From positions 60,884,001 through 60,948,000 of the forward strand of contig NC_043002.1 of NCBI RefSeq assembly GCF_006345805.1: 64,000 nucleotides of DNA, written 5' to 3'. This DNA is from Octopus sinensis. Its lineage: Eukaryota. The notes under the pieces are model-generated. The model was not told where the DNA came from. It made no database searches and saw only the letters and a list, made by a program, of their open reading frames with translations. The position numbers and the translations under genes were made by a program. Shown here piece after piece: positions 12,930 to 24,346 of the stretch (position 1 is the stretch's first letter; each line of letters opens with the position of its first letter).

Positions 12930-13268
12930 GTAGTCAGACCCAGCAGGTGTTGCTACTGACTGTCCCTGTTCGAAGAATCTATTTACCTAGTTTCAGTGGA
13001 ATACATCCACTTGTTTTCAATAATAGAAATATTAAAACTACTAAGTCTCTCTAAAGGAGATTACGGCAGCGTTACTGGAAATTAATAGTTATCGCCATAC
13101 TTATATGGCAGTCTTATAAATATAAGACTAAAGCTGTCGCTGATTAGCTCCAAGAGGCCACTGCCTCAAGCTAGCTACTTGATACACAACCTGCGTCCAT
13201 TATAAACCTTCGAACATCTCCGAAACCCAGTCACGATAGATATATTTTACAACTTCTTATAACATATT

Positions 13269-13318
13269 TCTATTATTGAAAACAAGTGGATGTATTCCAC
13301 TGAAACTAGGTAAATAGA
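13269..13318 (+). ncRNA. Second, atypical hammerhead-like motif of the R1 unit (also at 12978-13027, minus)
   Basis: TCTATT A TTGAAAA CA AGTGGA TGTAT TCCACT GAAA CTAG GTA AATAGA; extra nucleotides on both sides of the core. Confidence 0.45.
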
Positions 13319-13366
13319 TTCTTCGAACAGGGACAGTCAGTAGCAACACCTGCTGGGTCTGACTAC

Positions 13367-13409
13367 GCTGCATTGATGAAGGGCAAATACCCTGAAACAT
13401 GTCTGCAGC
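13367..13409 (+). ncRNA. Minimal hammerhead (U3.G8), R1 copy 1 right arm
   Basis: GCTGCA TTGATGA AGGG CAAATA CCCT GAAA CAT GTC TGCAGC (perfect 6-bp stem I). Confidence 0.8.
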
Positions 13410-13576
13410 TGTCTGACTGGCAGGATGAAGCGGCTGACCTCCCCTGTTCGAAGGTTTATAATGGACGCAGGTTGTGTGTCAAATAGCTAGCTTGAGGCGG
13501 TGGCCTCTTGGAGCTAATCAGCGACAGCTTTAGTTTTATATTTATAAGACTGCCATATAAGTATGGCGATAACTAT

Positions 13577-13648
<72 letters not shown>

Positions 13649-13934
13649 ATATATTTACATATATATATATATATATGTATGTATATATGTATGTATATAT
13701 GTATGTATATATGTATGTATATATGTATGTATATATGTATATATGTATATATGCATATATATATATGTTATATGTGTGTGTGTATATATATATATACAGA
13801 GAGAGAGAGAAAAGAAGTAGAAAATGCATTGAGATTTGTTTAGATTTTTGTTTTTAAATTTCTAAATACTTAACGGGTTTCGCAGATATATTTGATTTTT
13901 AAAAGTTGAGATAGAAAGACCTGAAGACATAATG

Positions 13935-14072
13935 CAACTGTCAAAACATACATACGTACATACATACATACATACATACATACACGCATACATACAGACA
14001 TACATATATACGTACATACATACAGACATACATACATACATACATACATACATACATACATACATACATACA

Positions 14073-14104
<32 letters not shown>

Positions 14105-14130
14105 CACTTACAAGCATACATACATATATA
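13935..14130. repeat. (CATA)n tetranucleotide microsatellite
   Basis: Long CATA/TACA run; gives rise to the spurious VCMY and HTYI ORFs. Confidence 0.9.
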
Positions 14131-14754
14131 TTTAATGAAATCAATGAACACTAGAAGGAAGAAAACAGAAGAGGGTTAAATTTTAAGAAATATATTAATT
14201 TAACAAATGTATTGATTTAAGAAAAAGATTCTTGACGTTTCATTCACATATTCTTCACCAGAAGAAAAATATGGCAGATATTTAATTAAGGAGAGCGAAA
14301 GAGTAAAGGCGGTTGGAGAAAAAGTGTGAGAAATATATATATCTATAGAGGAGGGGAAAGAAAGAAATTATGAAAAACAAGGAAGACGAGAAAGAAAGAA
14401 AAGTATGAAAAACAGATGGTCGCAGGATATTGGGTTGCAATGCAGGCAGTAGTGAAACAAAAAAGATCGTCCGCTTCAGTGTATTATAAACGCCATGAAC
14501 AAAATAAAACAACGTCAACGAAGGATGGAGAGTTTTAACTAATGTATTAGTTTAACGCTCAAAAAGGAAGGAAAAGAATCTAAACGACGCAGAGTTTCTC
14601 CAATATGAGAGACTACAATTCAAAAAATCAATATGAGAAAAGTCTCAATGTAGATAAATATAAAAATACAAATAATAACTAGACGGAGTGAATAAATGAA
14701 TACACAAACACGTACCACACATATATATACACACACATATGTGTGTGCGTGTTC

Positions 14755-14805
<51 letters not shown>

Positions 14806-14813
14806 ATTGTACG

Positions 14814-14844
<31 letters not shown>

Positions 14845-15014
14845 ATGTATGTATATATTGTATATAAATATATGTGTGTATCTCTCTCTATATATATGTG
14901 TATATATGCATATATATAGAGAGGGAGATACATACATACGTATATAAATACATATATATACACGAATATGCATATAAGTGCATATATGTATGTATATATA
15001 TTTCTGTATACACC

Positions 15015-15052
<38 letters not shown>

Positions 15053-15060
15053 ATATATAT

Positions 15061-15094
<34 letters not shown>

Positions 15095-15434
15095 CACACG
15101 AATTTAAAATATTAATATTATAACAAAATATATTTTCCAATGAATATATTTAATATATTCTGAATAAATGAATGAATGAATGACTGAATGAGTGAATGAA
15201 TAAATATATAAATAAATAAATAACAACTCATAATATAAATATTACATAAATTGTAAAAAATAAACGAACTGACAAATTATATTTTCTATATTAAACAATA
15301 TCTGAAAATTTGAAAAAAACTATCGGCTATGTTATTCAGTGTATTGTAAATATTATTTCTTTTTCACTCAAAATTAATAATAATAATAATTTTATTATTG
15401 GACCTAAGGGGGCCTAATATGTAGAGAGAGAGAG

Positions 15435-15493
<59 letters not shown>

Positions 15494-16049
15494 GAATGGA
15501 ATATAAGGACAGCAGTGGTTAAGTTCGCATAAAACAACCTCTATCAACAAAAATGTTAGATGGCGAAAATTATGTGCTATCTTAAGATTTGAGCGTGCTG
15601 GAGAGACTTGCGCGAGGTCTTTACAGATTGTGAAACCCAGTGAAAATGTGATTTGCTACCTGGTGTCAATTTTATAAATACTCTAGGGACCAGTGAATTG
15701 GTTTGCCTGCAGCTGTTACGGGTCTAGCAACCCAGTTCTGATCGATATATGCTATCATTCGCGGTCAATAATATCTATGATATAGGTCGCAGATCATTGA
15801 TTTTCTGGAGGCTGGTGGCTCTAAAGCTGTTCAGACGGCCCTGCATATCGGTTGGAACCCCTTCAGAGCAGTCCTTGCACCCCACAGAGTTAGAGTTACT
15901 TTGAGTAACAAAAAGGATCCCCTCCTCATAGAGTAATTCTCTCTGGAAACTCGCGACTCTTGAAAAGAACATATCACCTTAGTTCACTCGAAGCGAACTG
16001 CTTATACATTAGTGAAACCGCCAGCAACAAGTTGTGTGAGATAAATATG

Positions 16050-16500
16050 ATAATAATTATTATTTCAAATTTTGGCACGAGGCCAGTAGTTTTAGGAGAC
16101 GGGGGTGGTGGTAGGTGGCATTCGATTACGTCGACCCCAGTGCTCAAATGGTACTTATTTTATCGACCTGAATGGTTAAAATGCAAAGTCGTCCTCGGCA
16201 AAAATTTGAACTCGGAACGTAAAGCGGGAAGAAATCTCGCTATGTCCGACGCAATAACGATTTTCGCCGCCTCGCGTAATACTGATAATAATTCCTTCTG
16301 CTAGAGGCGCCAGATCTGAAATTTTGAGGGGAGGGCTATTCAATTTCATCAATCCCAGGGCCAAAATAGTACCAATGTTATTGAACTCGAAAAGATGAAA
16401 GTAAAAGTTGACATCGGCGGTATTTGAGCTCATGAAGAACGTAAAGCCGGAAGAAATACTGCTGTACATATTGTCCGGTGTGCAAGCCATTTCTGTCAGT
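16050..16500 (-). mobile_element. SINE family C, two degenerate copies
   Basis: ..AAAGTCGTCCTCGGCAAAAATTTGAACTCGGAACGTAAAG.. is the reverse of the B-box GAGTTCAAATT; repeated twice. Confidence 0.65.
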
Positions 16501-16504
16501 TCGT

Positions 16505-16540
<36 letters not shown>

Positions 16541-16555
16541 TAATAATAATAATAA

Positions 16556-16586
<31 letters not shown>

Positions 16587-16607
16587 AATTCCTTTATTCA
16601 AATGCAC

Positions 16608-16850
16608 CCTTTTAAAGCCTAGCCAGGCTCATGGGCCCGGATTCCCGGTTTCTATGGCGTATGTGTTCCCCAGCTGGGCGGGACGCCAGTCCATTACAGC
16701 GTTACTCATTTTTGCCAGCAGAGTGGACTGGAGTAACGTGAAATGAAGTGTTTTGCTCAAGAACACAACGCGTCACCCGGCCCAGGAATCGAAACCACAA
16801 TCTTACGATCATGATGCTGACACCCTAACCACTAAGCCACGCGCCTCCGC
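16608..16850 (-). mobile_element. tRNA-derived SINE family B
   Basis: Reverse complement has A-box TGGCTTAGTGG, B-box GTTTCGATTCC and tail ..AGCCTGGCTAGGCTTTAAAAGGGTGC; close to 34017-34265. Confidence 0.85.
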
Positions 16851-17129
16851 ATTCATAATATTAGTAACAGTAATATTCACTGGAAAGACAAACACAAAAC
16901 AATACATACAACAACAACCATAACAAAAACAATTGCAAAATAAGACGATGGAGACTAGGAATCACTCTAACAGATATTAACAGAAAATGAAGTAAACACA
17001 GGAAAACCACAAAGAACAATATCGATTTCTTAGATTGGCGTTAAGCCATCACGTTGTGGAAAATGTCACATTCGATTAACCTCACTGCTGTATATTACTG
17101 CTATTTAATTTATCGACTGCGCCGGGCTA

Positions 17130-17440
17130 GGCGGGGAAAGAACTGTCGACGCTATCGGGATTTGATATCAGAACGGAAAAAATGGTCAACAATATTAATG
17201 TAACACAACCAAATTGCTTCGTTTTATTCTTAGTTGTTGACTTCAATATTTGACACGGCGCTAGCAATTTCTAGAGAAGGGGTGGGTCGATTACATCACC
17301 CCCTGGTGCTTATTTTACAGGGCCTGAAAGAAAGAAAGGTAAAGTCGACCCCGGTGGCATTTGAACTCAGAACGTAAATTCGGAAGAAATGCCACAAAAC
17401 ATTTTTATCCTGCACGTTAAAGATTCTGCCAGCTTGGCGC
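17130..17440 (-). mobile_element. SINE family C, degenerate
   Basis: AAAGTCGACCCCGGTGGCATTTGAACTCAGAACGTAA..GATTCTGCCAGCT. Confidence 0.6.
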
Positions 17441-17689
17441 CTTTTTATTTTTTGGTCATTAATAACAATATTAACAGCTTACACAGGTACAGAACAGTGC
17501 ATTTGAAAATGTGAGAGAAAGTATCTGTTATCGATCTCCGTACTTGACTGCTACTTAATTACGTCCTTGCTGAATAAGCGAAGTATATTTCGGCTTAATT
17601 GACTGCTAGGACTCATCATTGACACAGCCCATTAAAGCTGATAGGCATCTGGTGTTCTCGCTAACCATTGCCGGAACGATTTTTCAACC

Positions 17690-17885
17690 GCTTCAGATAT
17701 TACAGTTCTATATTTAAGAGATGAGGAATGATGTACGTTATTTATATTATTTACATTTGACAGATATTTGTCCTCATCTTGGTTCTTGTTAACACAACGT
17801 TGCGGCTGATATACACTCAGCCTTCATCGGGTGTCTTGGGGAGATTTCGAACCTGGGTTCTCATTCCTAAGGTATTTTTCGATGT
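17690..17885 (-). mobile_element. Short (AAT)n-associated hammerhead-bearing element (family D), copy 1
   Basis: Inverted homolog of 21781-21920. HHR at 17792-17834 (minus): ACAC CCGATGA A GGCTG..CAGCC GCAAC GTT GTGT, with two core mutations. Confidence 0.7.
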
Positions 17886-17887
17886 TG

Positions 17888-17930
<43 letters not shown>

Positions 17931-17934
<4 letters not shown>

Positions 17935-20900
17935 TAGTTTTATTTTTATAACTTGTTTTCACTTCACTACCGAGCGCAGCTCTGTGTGCCCTGTGTAAGT
18001 ACTGTTGTTTGCTGTAATGCTCTTATGGTTTTTGTATTGAAAGTGTTTTGCGTAGGAAGTGTGCAGTGCCCAGTAGTGCAATGTTCTGTATATTATATAT
18101 ATATTTGTAAGTCCTGGTGTTTTTGTTATGTATTTGTCTGAAATGTTTATCATACCTAATGCGCCCGCTATGATAGGAATTGTTTCTGTTTTTAGATTCC
18201 ACATTGGAGTTACTTCTATTTTCAGATCTTTGTATTTTGAAAGCTTCTCCATTTCTTTCTATTAGTATTGATACATCAATTAGAAAGCACTTTTTTCTTC
18301 GTGGTCTCTGACAATTATATCTGGCCTATTGACCTTAATTTCTATATCTGTGTATATTGGCATATCCCAGAGTATGGTTACTCCCTCGTTTTCTGTCACG
18401 CTTTCGGCGTGTGCTTATACCATCGTTTTTCTGTTGTTATTCCATAGTATTGGCATAGCTTCCAGTGTATGTAGGTCCCAACTCTGTCGTGTCTGCGAGT
18501 ATATTCCTTCTTAGCCAGGACTGGGCATCCAGAGATAATATGATTTATTGTTTCTTGTCCATCTCCAAATATTCTGCAGTTACTTGTTATGTTTCTTTTC
18601 ATTAGATGCTTTTGGTAATTTCTGGTGGGGAGGCTTTGATCTTGTACTACATTTAAAAATTCGTCAGTCTCTGGTTTGAGTCCTGAGCTTCTCAATCATT
18701 GCTGAGATTTTTCTCTGTCTATTTCCTTTGCATTTAGCTTAGCCCACTATTTGCCATGAAGGGGCTTTTCTTGCCATCGTTTTATCATGGTATGTTGCTG
18801 TTCTAGTTTTAGTTTGGATTTCATCTGTTCTATAGCTTTTGTTTTTTCATTTTCTTCTTCATATTTTTTAGGTAGTATGCCTTCTTGTTAATATTTGTCA
18901 GCTTCCTCAAATATTGAAAACAGTTTTTTTTTGCTCATGTTTTGTGGCTATTCGTATTAGTTTTCCTTACTTCTGATTTTTGCAGTCCTATTTGTGTGTC
19001 AGGCTTTGGTCTAATTCTCTTATTTCATTGGCTTTATCTAGTGTGATGTTGCTACTCTTAACTAGTTTTCCTCTTTTCAGGGTTGCTTTGGCACATTTTT
19101 CTAATCCAGATTTCATATCTATTTCTTTGGTAAATCCATGTACAGTCTGTAGTGGTGTTTCCAGCTTTTTATCATTTGTAGCGTAAAGTTTTAGGCCATC
19201 CATATATAAGAGGTGGCTAATTGTTTTGCCGTAACATTTGTATCCGCAGCCAAGTGCTATTTAGCATGTCAGATAAAGGCGTCAGTTCCTAGCAGGAAAG
19301 GAGCGCAGAGAGCGTGTATCCCTGGAATATACCGCTTCAAATGCGGATGGCTTTGGTTTTCACGAGTTCCTCTTCTGTTTGGAGCTGTAGCACTGTCTTC
19401 CATTTATTCATAGAGTGTCTTGTGTATTTTATAATTATTGGTGCTACCTTATTTATGACTAGTATTTCTAGGATCCATGTGTGAGGAATACTATCAAAAG
19501 CTTTTCGGTATTCGATCCAGTCTATACTGAGGCCTTTCTTCTTTCTGTGGCTGTCTTCAGTTATGGCTTTATTGATCATTAGTTGATCTTTAGAGCCGTA
19601 TGAGCCCTTACAACATCCCTTCTGCTCTTCTGGAAACAGGTTGTTTTCTTCCAGATGTTTGCTCAATCTCTGCGATATTATTGCAGTAAAGGCTTTGTAA
19701 ATTGTAAGGAAACAGGTTATAGGTCTGTAGTTTTCTGGTTTTGCCGTTTCAGTGGATTTGGGAATTAGGATAGTTTTCCCTTTCGTGAGCCATTCAGGCA
19801 TTATCTCTGGCTCTGCTAGTATGTCCTTAAAGTTTTCAACCAGCATTTTGTGTAGTCCTGTCAGATGTTTTAACCAGAATTTGGGGATCTTGTTGTGCCT
19901 AGGTGCCTTGCAGTTGCTTAGTCTTTGCAGTGCCTGGATGATCTCTTCAGTTGTTATAGTGGTCCAGATTTGTTCAGGTGCTAAGTTCGTAGCTTTAATA
20001 GCCCTTTTCTGGGGTTGTTCCTTCGCCGACCATATTTCTTTCCAAAATTCTTCCACTTCTGCTGTTGGTGCTGCATTGATGTCTATTTTATTTTTGCCTA
20101 GTTCTTGGTAGAATTGTATGGGGCTGGAGTTGAACTGTTTGTTTTGTTCAAAGAAACGTTGGCGTTTCTCATACCGGCGGATCCTTTGTGCTTTAGCAAG
20201 GATATCTTGCTTTAGCTTTTCTTTTACCTCAGGTAAATATTTTTCTGTAATGTTGTATTTGCGCAGTATTGCTTAGTAGTATTGATTGCCTACTAATTTC
20301 GTTAAAAATTGACAGATCTGTTCTCTTTTTTCTTTCTTTTTTTTGGAGGGGAGGGATATTATTTATCCACAGGGTTTGTTTGGGTGGCGGTGCTTCTGTT
20401 TGGATGGGTTTTAGGGAGTACCCAGCTTCATTTGTGGCTGCAGTCATTTAGTTCGGTGATACTTATATTTGTTTCTGTGGCTATTAGTTCCATGACGGCC
20501 AGGTTCATGTAATTTATTATTGATGTTGTTTTATTGTCTATTTTGATTTTTGGGAGGTATAATCCGTGACCCATTCTGTGGTTTTCAGTTCTTTGATTAT
20601 TCCCATTTTTAAGGTACCATATTAATTAGGTTACCCTTCACTGTTTCCAGGTTCTAGACTTGTTTCGCCTTCCTTCTCATTCATATGTTTGTGTCTGGTG
20701 TGCTGGATTGGTGCTTTTCGTACATTATTATACATCCCTACGGTCTGGGTATGTTGTTTTTTTTTACTTCATTTTTGTTGGAAATGTTACGTTTGTCTTC
20801 GTGTTTTACTATCTCGGCGCTTATATTATTTAGCATTGTTGTGTGGCTTCTATCTACATTTTCCTGATGTATTTTTCCTTTTAAATGTTCTATTTCTGAT

Positions 20901-21644
20901 TTTTTTTTGGCTTTGAGAATATATCTTCTTATGTTAGCTAGTTTATTAGGATTCATTGCTGTATTCAAGTGTTTATTTAGGTTATTTTTCTTCAAGATTT
21001 TATATGTGTAGGCTGTTGTATTTTCGTTCTTTGGGTGGAGCACTGCTGTAAAATACGTGTGTAGGATTGAAATATATTCCTCACATGTCCATTTATACCT
21101 TTTTGGTTTTATTTGCGGGACAAGAGGAGCAACATCCGGACCTTTATTTTGACGGTCATCATTTTCAAAGGCTACCGGTCCGTTCCTTTCTGTTGTTAAA
21201 TTGTTTTGCGCGTGTGGTTCTTCGTACATTTGATGTAACAAGTTTAAACTACACACTTCCCGAATGTTATTCTTGGGTTGAACAATACAGGTATTATTTA
21301 ATTTATTTGTTATTTTTTGTACATGGTGTTGGGGGCTGCAGATGGTCTGGTGTTGATAGATCGTAATATGTCAAGCGTGTTTACGTATGCTGTGCGAACA
21401 ATGGAGAGGATGTCCAGTTAAAATACAACATTTCATTTAGAAAATAGAAATAAATTTTAATGAGTATTACTTACTCGGATATTGTCCAACCATTTCTCAG
21501 CTATTTTTGGCTCCATGCGATGTTTTTATTTCCGATGTTTTTGGATAAATTTCGGAGCAGTGTTTTATCGGTCTTACATCTTAAACGTCCTCGGTGTATC
21601 CTTTCTTAAAATTTACCGGTGTATCTTTCTTAAACGTCCCCGGT

Positions 21645-21645
<1 letters not shown>
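17931..21645 (-). mobile_element. R4/Dong-clade RLE non-LTR retrotransposon, degraded near-full-length
   Basis: N-terminal KRYKWTCEEY..(20738-21256); RT PENYRPITC..EQKGC..KDQLMINK..WIEYRKAFDSIPH (19337-20056); MDGLKL (18988-19203); CRI..ETINHIISGC..RHDRV (18396-18695); RLE C-terminus KLSKYKDLKIE..IPIIAGALG (17959-18252). Flanked by (ATT)n; 5' boundary uncertain. Confidence 0.9.
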
Positions 21646-21702
<57 letters not shown>

Positions 21703-21717
21703 TACTCCAAGCAGTGA

Positions 21718-21780
<63 letters not shown>

Positions 21781-21782
<2 letters not shown>

Positions 21783-21920
21783 TCGAAAAATACCTTAGGA
21801 ATGAGAACCCAGGTTCGAAATTTCCCCCAAGACACCTGATTAAGGCTGGAGGGTATATCAGTCGAAACGTTGTGTTAACAACAAACAAGATGAGGACAAA
21901 TATCTGTCAAATGTAAATAG
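21781..21920 (+). mobile_element. Short (AAT)n-associated hammerhead-bearing element (family D), copy 2
   Basis: HHR at 21832-21875: ACAC CTGATTA A GGCTG GAGGGTATAT CAGTC GAAA C GTT GTGT (G8->U). Confidence 0.7.
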
Positions 21921-21938
21921 TGTAATTAAGGCCTTCAG

Positions 21939-22007
<69 letters not shown>

Positions 22008-22721
22008 CATTGGTTGTTATTTTAATGGCTGAATTGCATACATCGGATCACTGCAGGATATTTTACATTTTGCTCTTAACCGACGTTCCCATTCCGTGCC
22101 TTCAACTACAGTTTCTAACAAGGGCACAAAATCAAGATCTTTTTTGGGTGGTTGGGGGTTTGTGATAATTCTTGCAACGTTTGAACGTCGTGTTTTCATT
22201 CGTCTGATTACATTAACATTTTTTACTCATTATATAAGGCTTTAAGTCACTGAGTACTCCACAAACATGTGACAAAATTGGTCATTTCAATTCCACATCC
22301 ATCAAATGAGATACCACAGTTTCTGTTAAACCAATTTCAGTAACAAGATTTCGAATAAACCGAGGCTGTGGTAAAAATACTTGCCGGAGGCCCTATAAGT
22401 TGCTGATCGAAACAGCGACCGCAAGATTACTAACCCAGTATCGTAACCACCCAGCCATGCCTGCCTCGTTTTTTCAGACTTGTAGGTAGATTTTGTTTCA
22501 TACGTACTCAGTGATAGAAAGCTTTTCCTTTCATAAAACCCAAGTTACCATGTAGTTGAAAAGAATTTAGACTGTGTATCATACGCGATTCATGGACACA
22601 GTCGACGCAAATGGTTAAGATCCTTTTACGATAAGCTGGCGTTTAAAATGCGTTTAAAAAGTCGGTAAGATCACTACCAGATATATACTAAGATCACTAC
22701 CAGTCTTCTATTTTATATATT

Positions 22722-23012
22722 TATGCACCCTTTTCAAGCCTAGCCAGGATCATGTGCCCAGTTTCTCGGTTTCTGTGGCGTATGGGTTCCCCCCAGCTGG
22801 ACGCGACGCCAGTCAATCGCAACGTTACTCAAGAAACAGGAGGAGAGAGTGAGAGAAAGTTGGGGCGAAACAGTACAACAGAGGTCGCCACCACCCGCTG
22901 CCGGAGCATCGTGGAGCTTTAGGTGTTTTCGCTCAATAAACACACACAACGCCCGGTCTGGGAATCGAAACCGCGAGTCCGCTACCCTAACCACTGAGTC
23001 ATTGCGCCTTCA
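22722..23012 (-). mobile_element. SINE family B (long variant)
   Basis: Reverse A/B boxes at 22960-23010 and family B tail TGCACCCTTTTCAAGCCTAGCCAGG. Confidence 0.8.
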
Positions 23013-23747
23013 CACCAGTCTTCCATACTCACTCTAAATCACTACCAGTCTTCTATACTCACTCTAAACATGTGAAGCGTTGTATCCGCATCAGTGATTA
23101 CTATTAGTGTACATAGAAAGAATGAAATATATTCGAATATGGAACGGTTTTACCGAGAACATTGTGAGTGTGTATTTTTAAATATGGAGTTTTCCAATAT
23201 ATTAGCGATATTACGAACAAAAAATAAAATTTTAGATAAATATATGTCATAAGTGTGAAATAAATAAACGCTCGTAATATTAATATTTTAGGAAGACAAT
23301 TAAGAAAAATATCAGTAAATTGTATTCATATGCTAACGTTGAAATATGAGAGAAAAAAAAATTCTCCGATATTTTGACACGGTAGAGGACAGTTACTATC
23401 AGTTTGTAAAAATGATAACAATAACACAGACTGCTAAAAGAACTCTATGACCATTAACAATGAATAAAATTACAAAACGAAATATAAAATGAACGGAAAG
23501 AATATTGGAATATTAGAATATAAGAATATTAACAGGAAATGAGACAAGAAAATCATTGAGAAGAATGTTACGTAACCACGTTTGGCTGTGCGGTAAGAAG
23601 TTTGCTTCCTAGTCACGTCGTTCTAGTTACAGTCTCACTGCATGGCACGTTCGGTGTCTTTTACTGTACTACTGTGTCAGCCAAAGCCTTATGAGTAGAT
23701 TTGGTAGAAGGAAACTAAAAGAAGCACGTCAATATATATATAAATAT

Positions 23748-23896
23748 GAGTGGCTGTGTGGTAAGTAGCTTGCTTACCAACCACATGGTTCTGGGTTCAG
23801 TCCCACTGCGTGGCACCTTAGGCAAGTGTCTTCTACTATAGCCTCGGGCCGACCAAAGACTTGTGAGTGGATTTAGTAGACGGTAACTGAAAGAAG

Positions 23897-23993
<97 letters not shown>

Positions 23994-24265
23994 TATATAT
24001 ATGTATGTATGTATGTATGTATATGTATGTATGTATGTGTGTGTGTGTGTGGTGTGTATATGTTTGTATGTCTGAGTTTGTCTCCCAACAGCGCTTGACA
24101 ACCAATGCTGGTGTGTTTAGGTTCCCGTCCCCGTAACTTAGTAGTTCGGCAAAGAGACCGATAGAATAAGTACTAATCTTACAAAGAATAAGTCCTGGTG
24201 TCGATTTGTTCGACTAAAAGCGGTGCTCCAGCATGGCTACAGTCAAATGATTGAAACAAGTAATA
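23748..24265 (+). mobile_element. SINE family A, complete with expanded internal microsatellite
   Basis: A-box TGGCTGTGTGG, B-box GGTTCAGTCCC, core CCTTAGGCAAGTGTCTTCTACTATAGCC, ~180-bp (TA)/(TATG)/(TG) tract, tail GGTGCTCCAGCATGGCTACAGTCAAATGATTGAAACAAGTAA. Confidence 0.85.
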
Positions 24266-24314
24266 CATATGTGTGTGTGTATGTATGTGTGTGTGTTGTG
24301 TGTGTGTGTGTGTA

Positions 24315-24346
<32 letters not shown>

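Larger units (their letters stand above)
12685..13578. mobile_element. Palindromic hammerhead-bearing non-autonomous element (family R1), copy 1: tandem unit + partial unit + inverted unit
   Basis: TAATAGAAATATTAAAA.TAC starts at 12685 and again at 13021; 13262-13578 is the reverse complement of the unit; flanked by (TA)n; homologous to 58301-58854. Confidence 0.85.
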
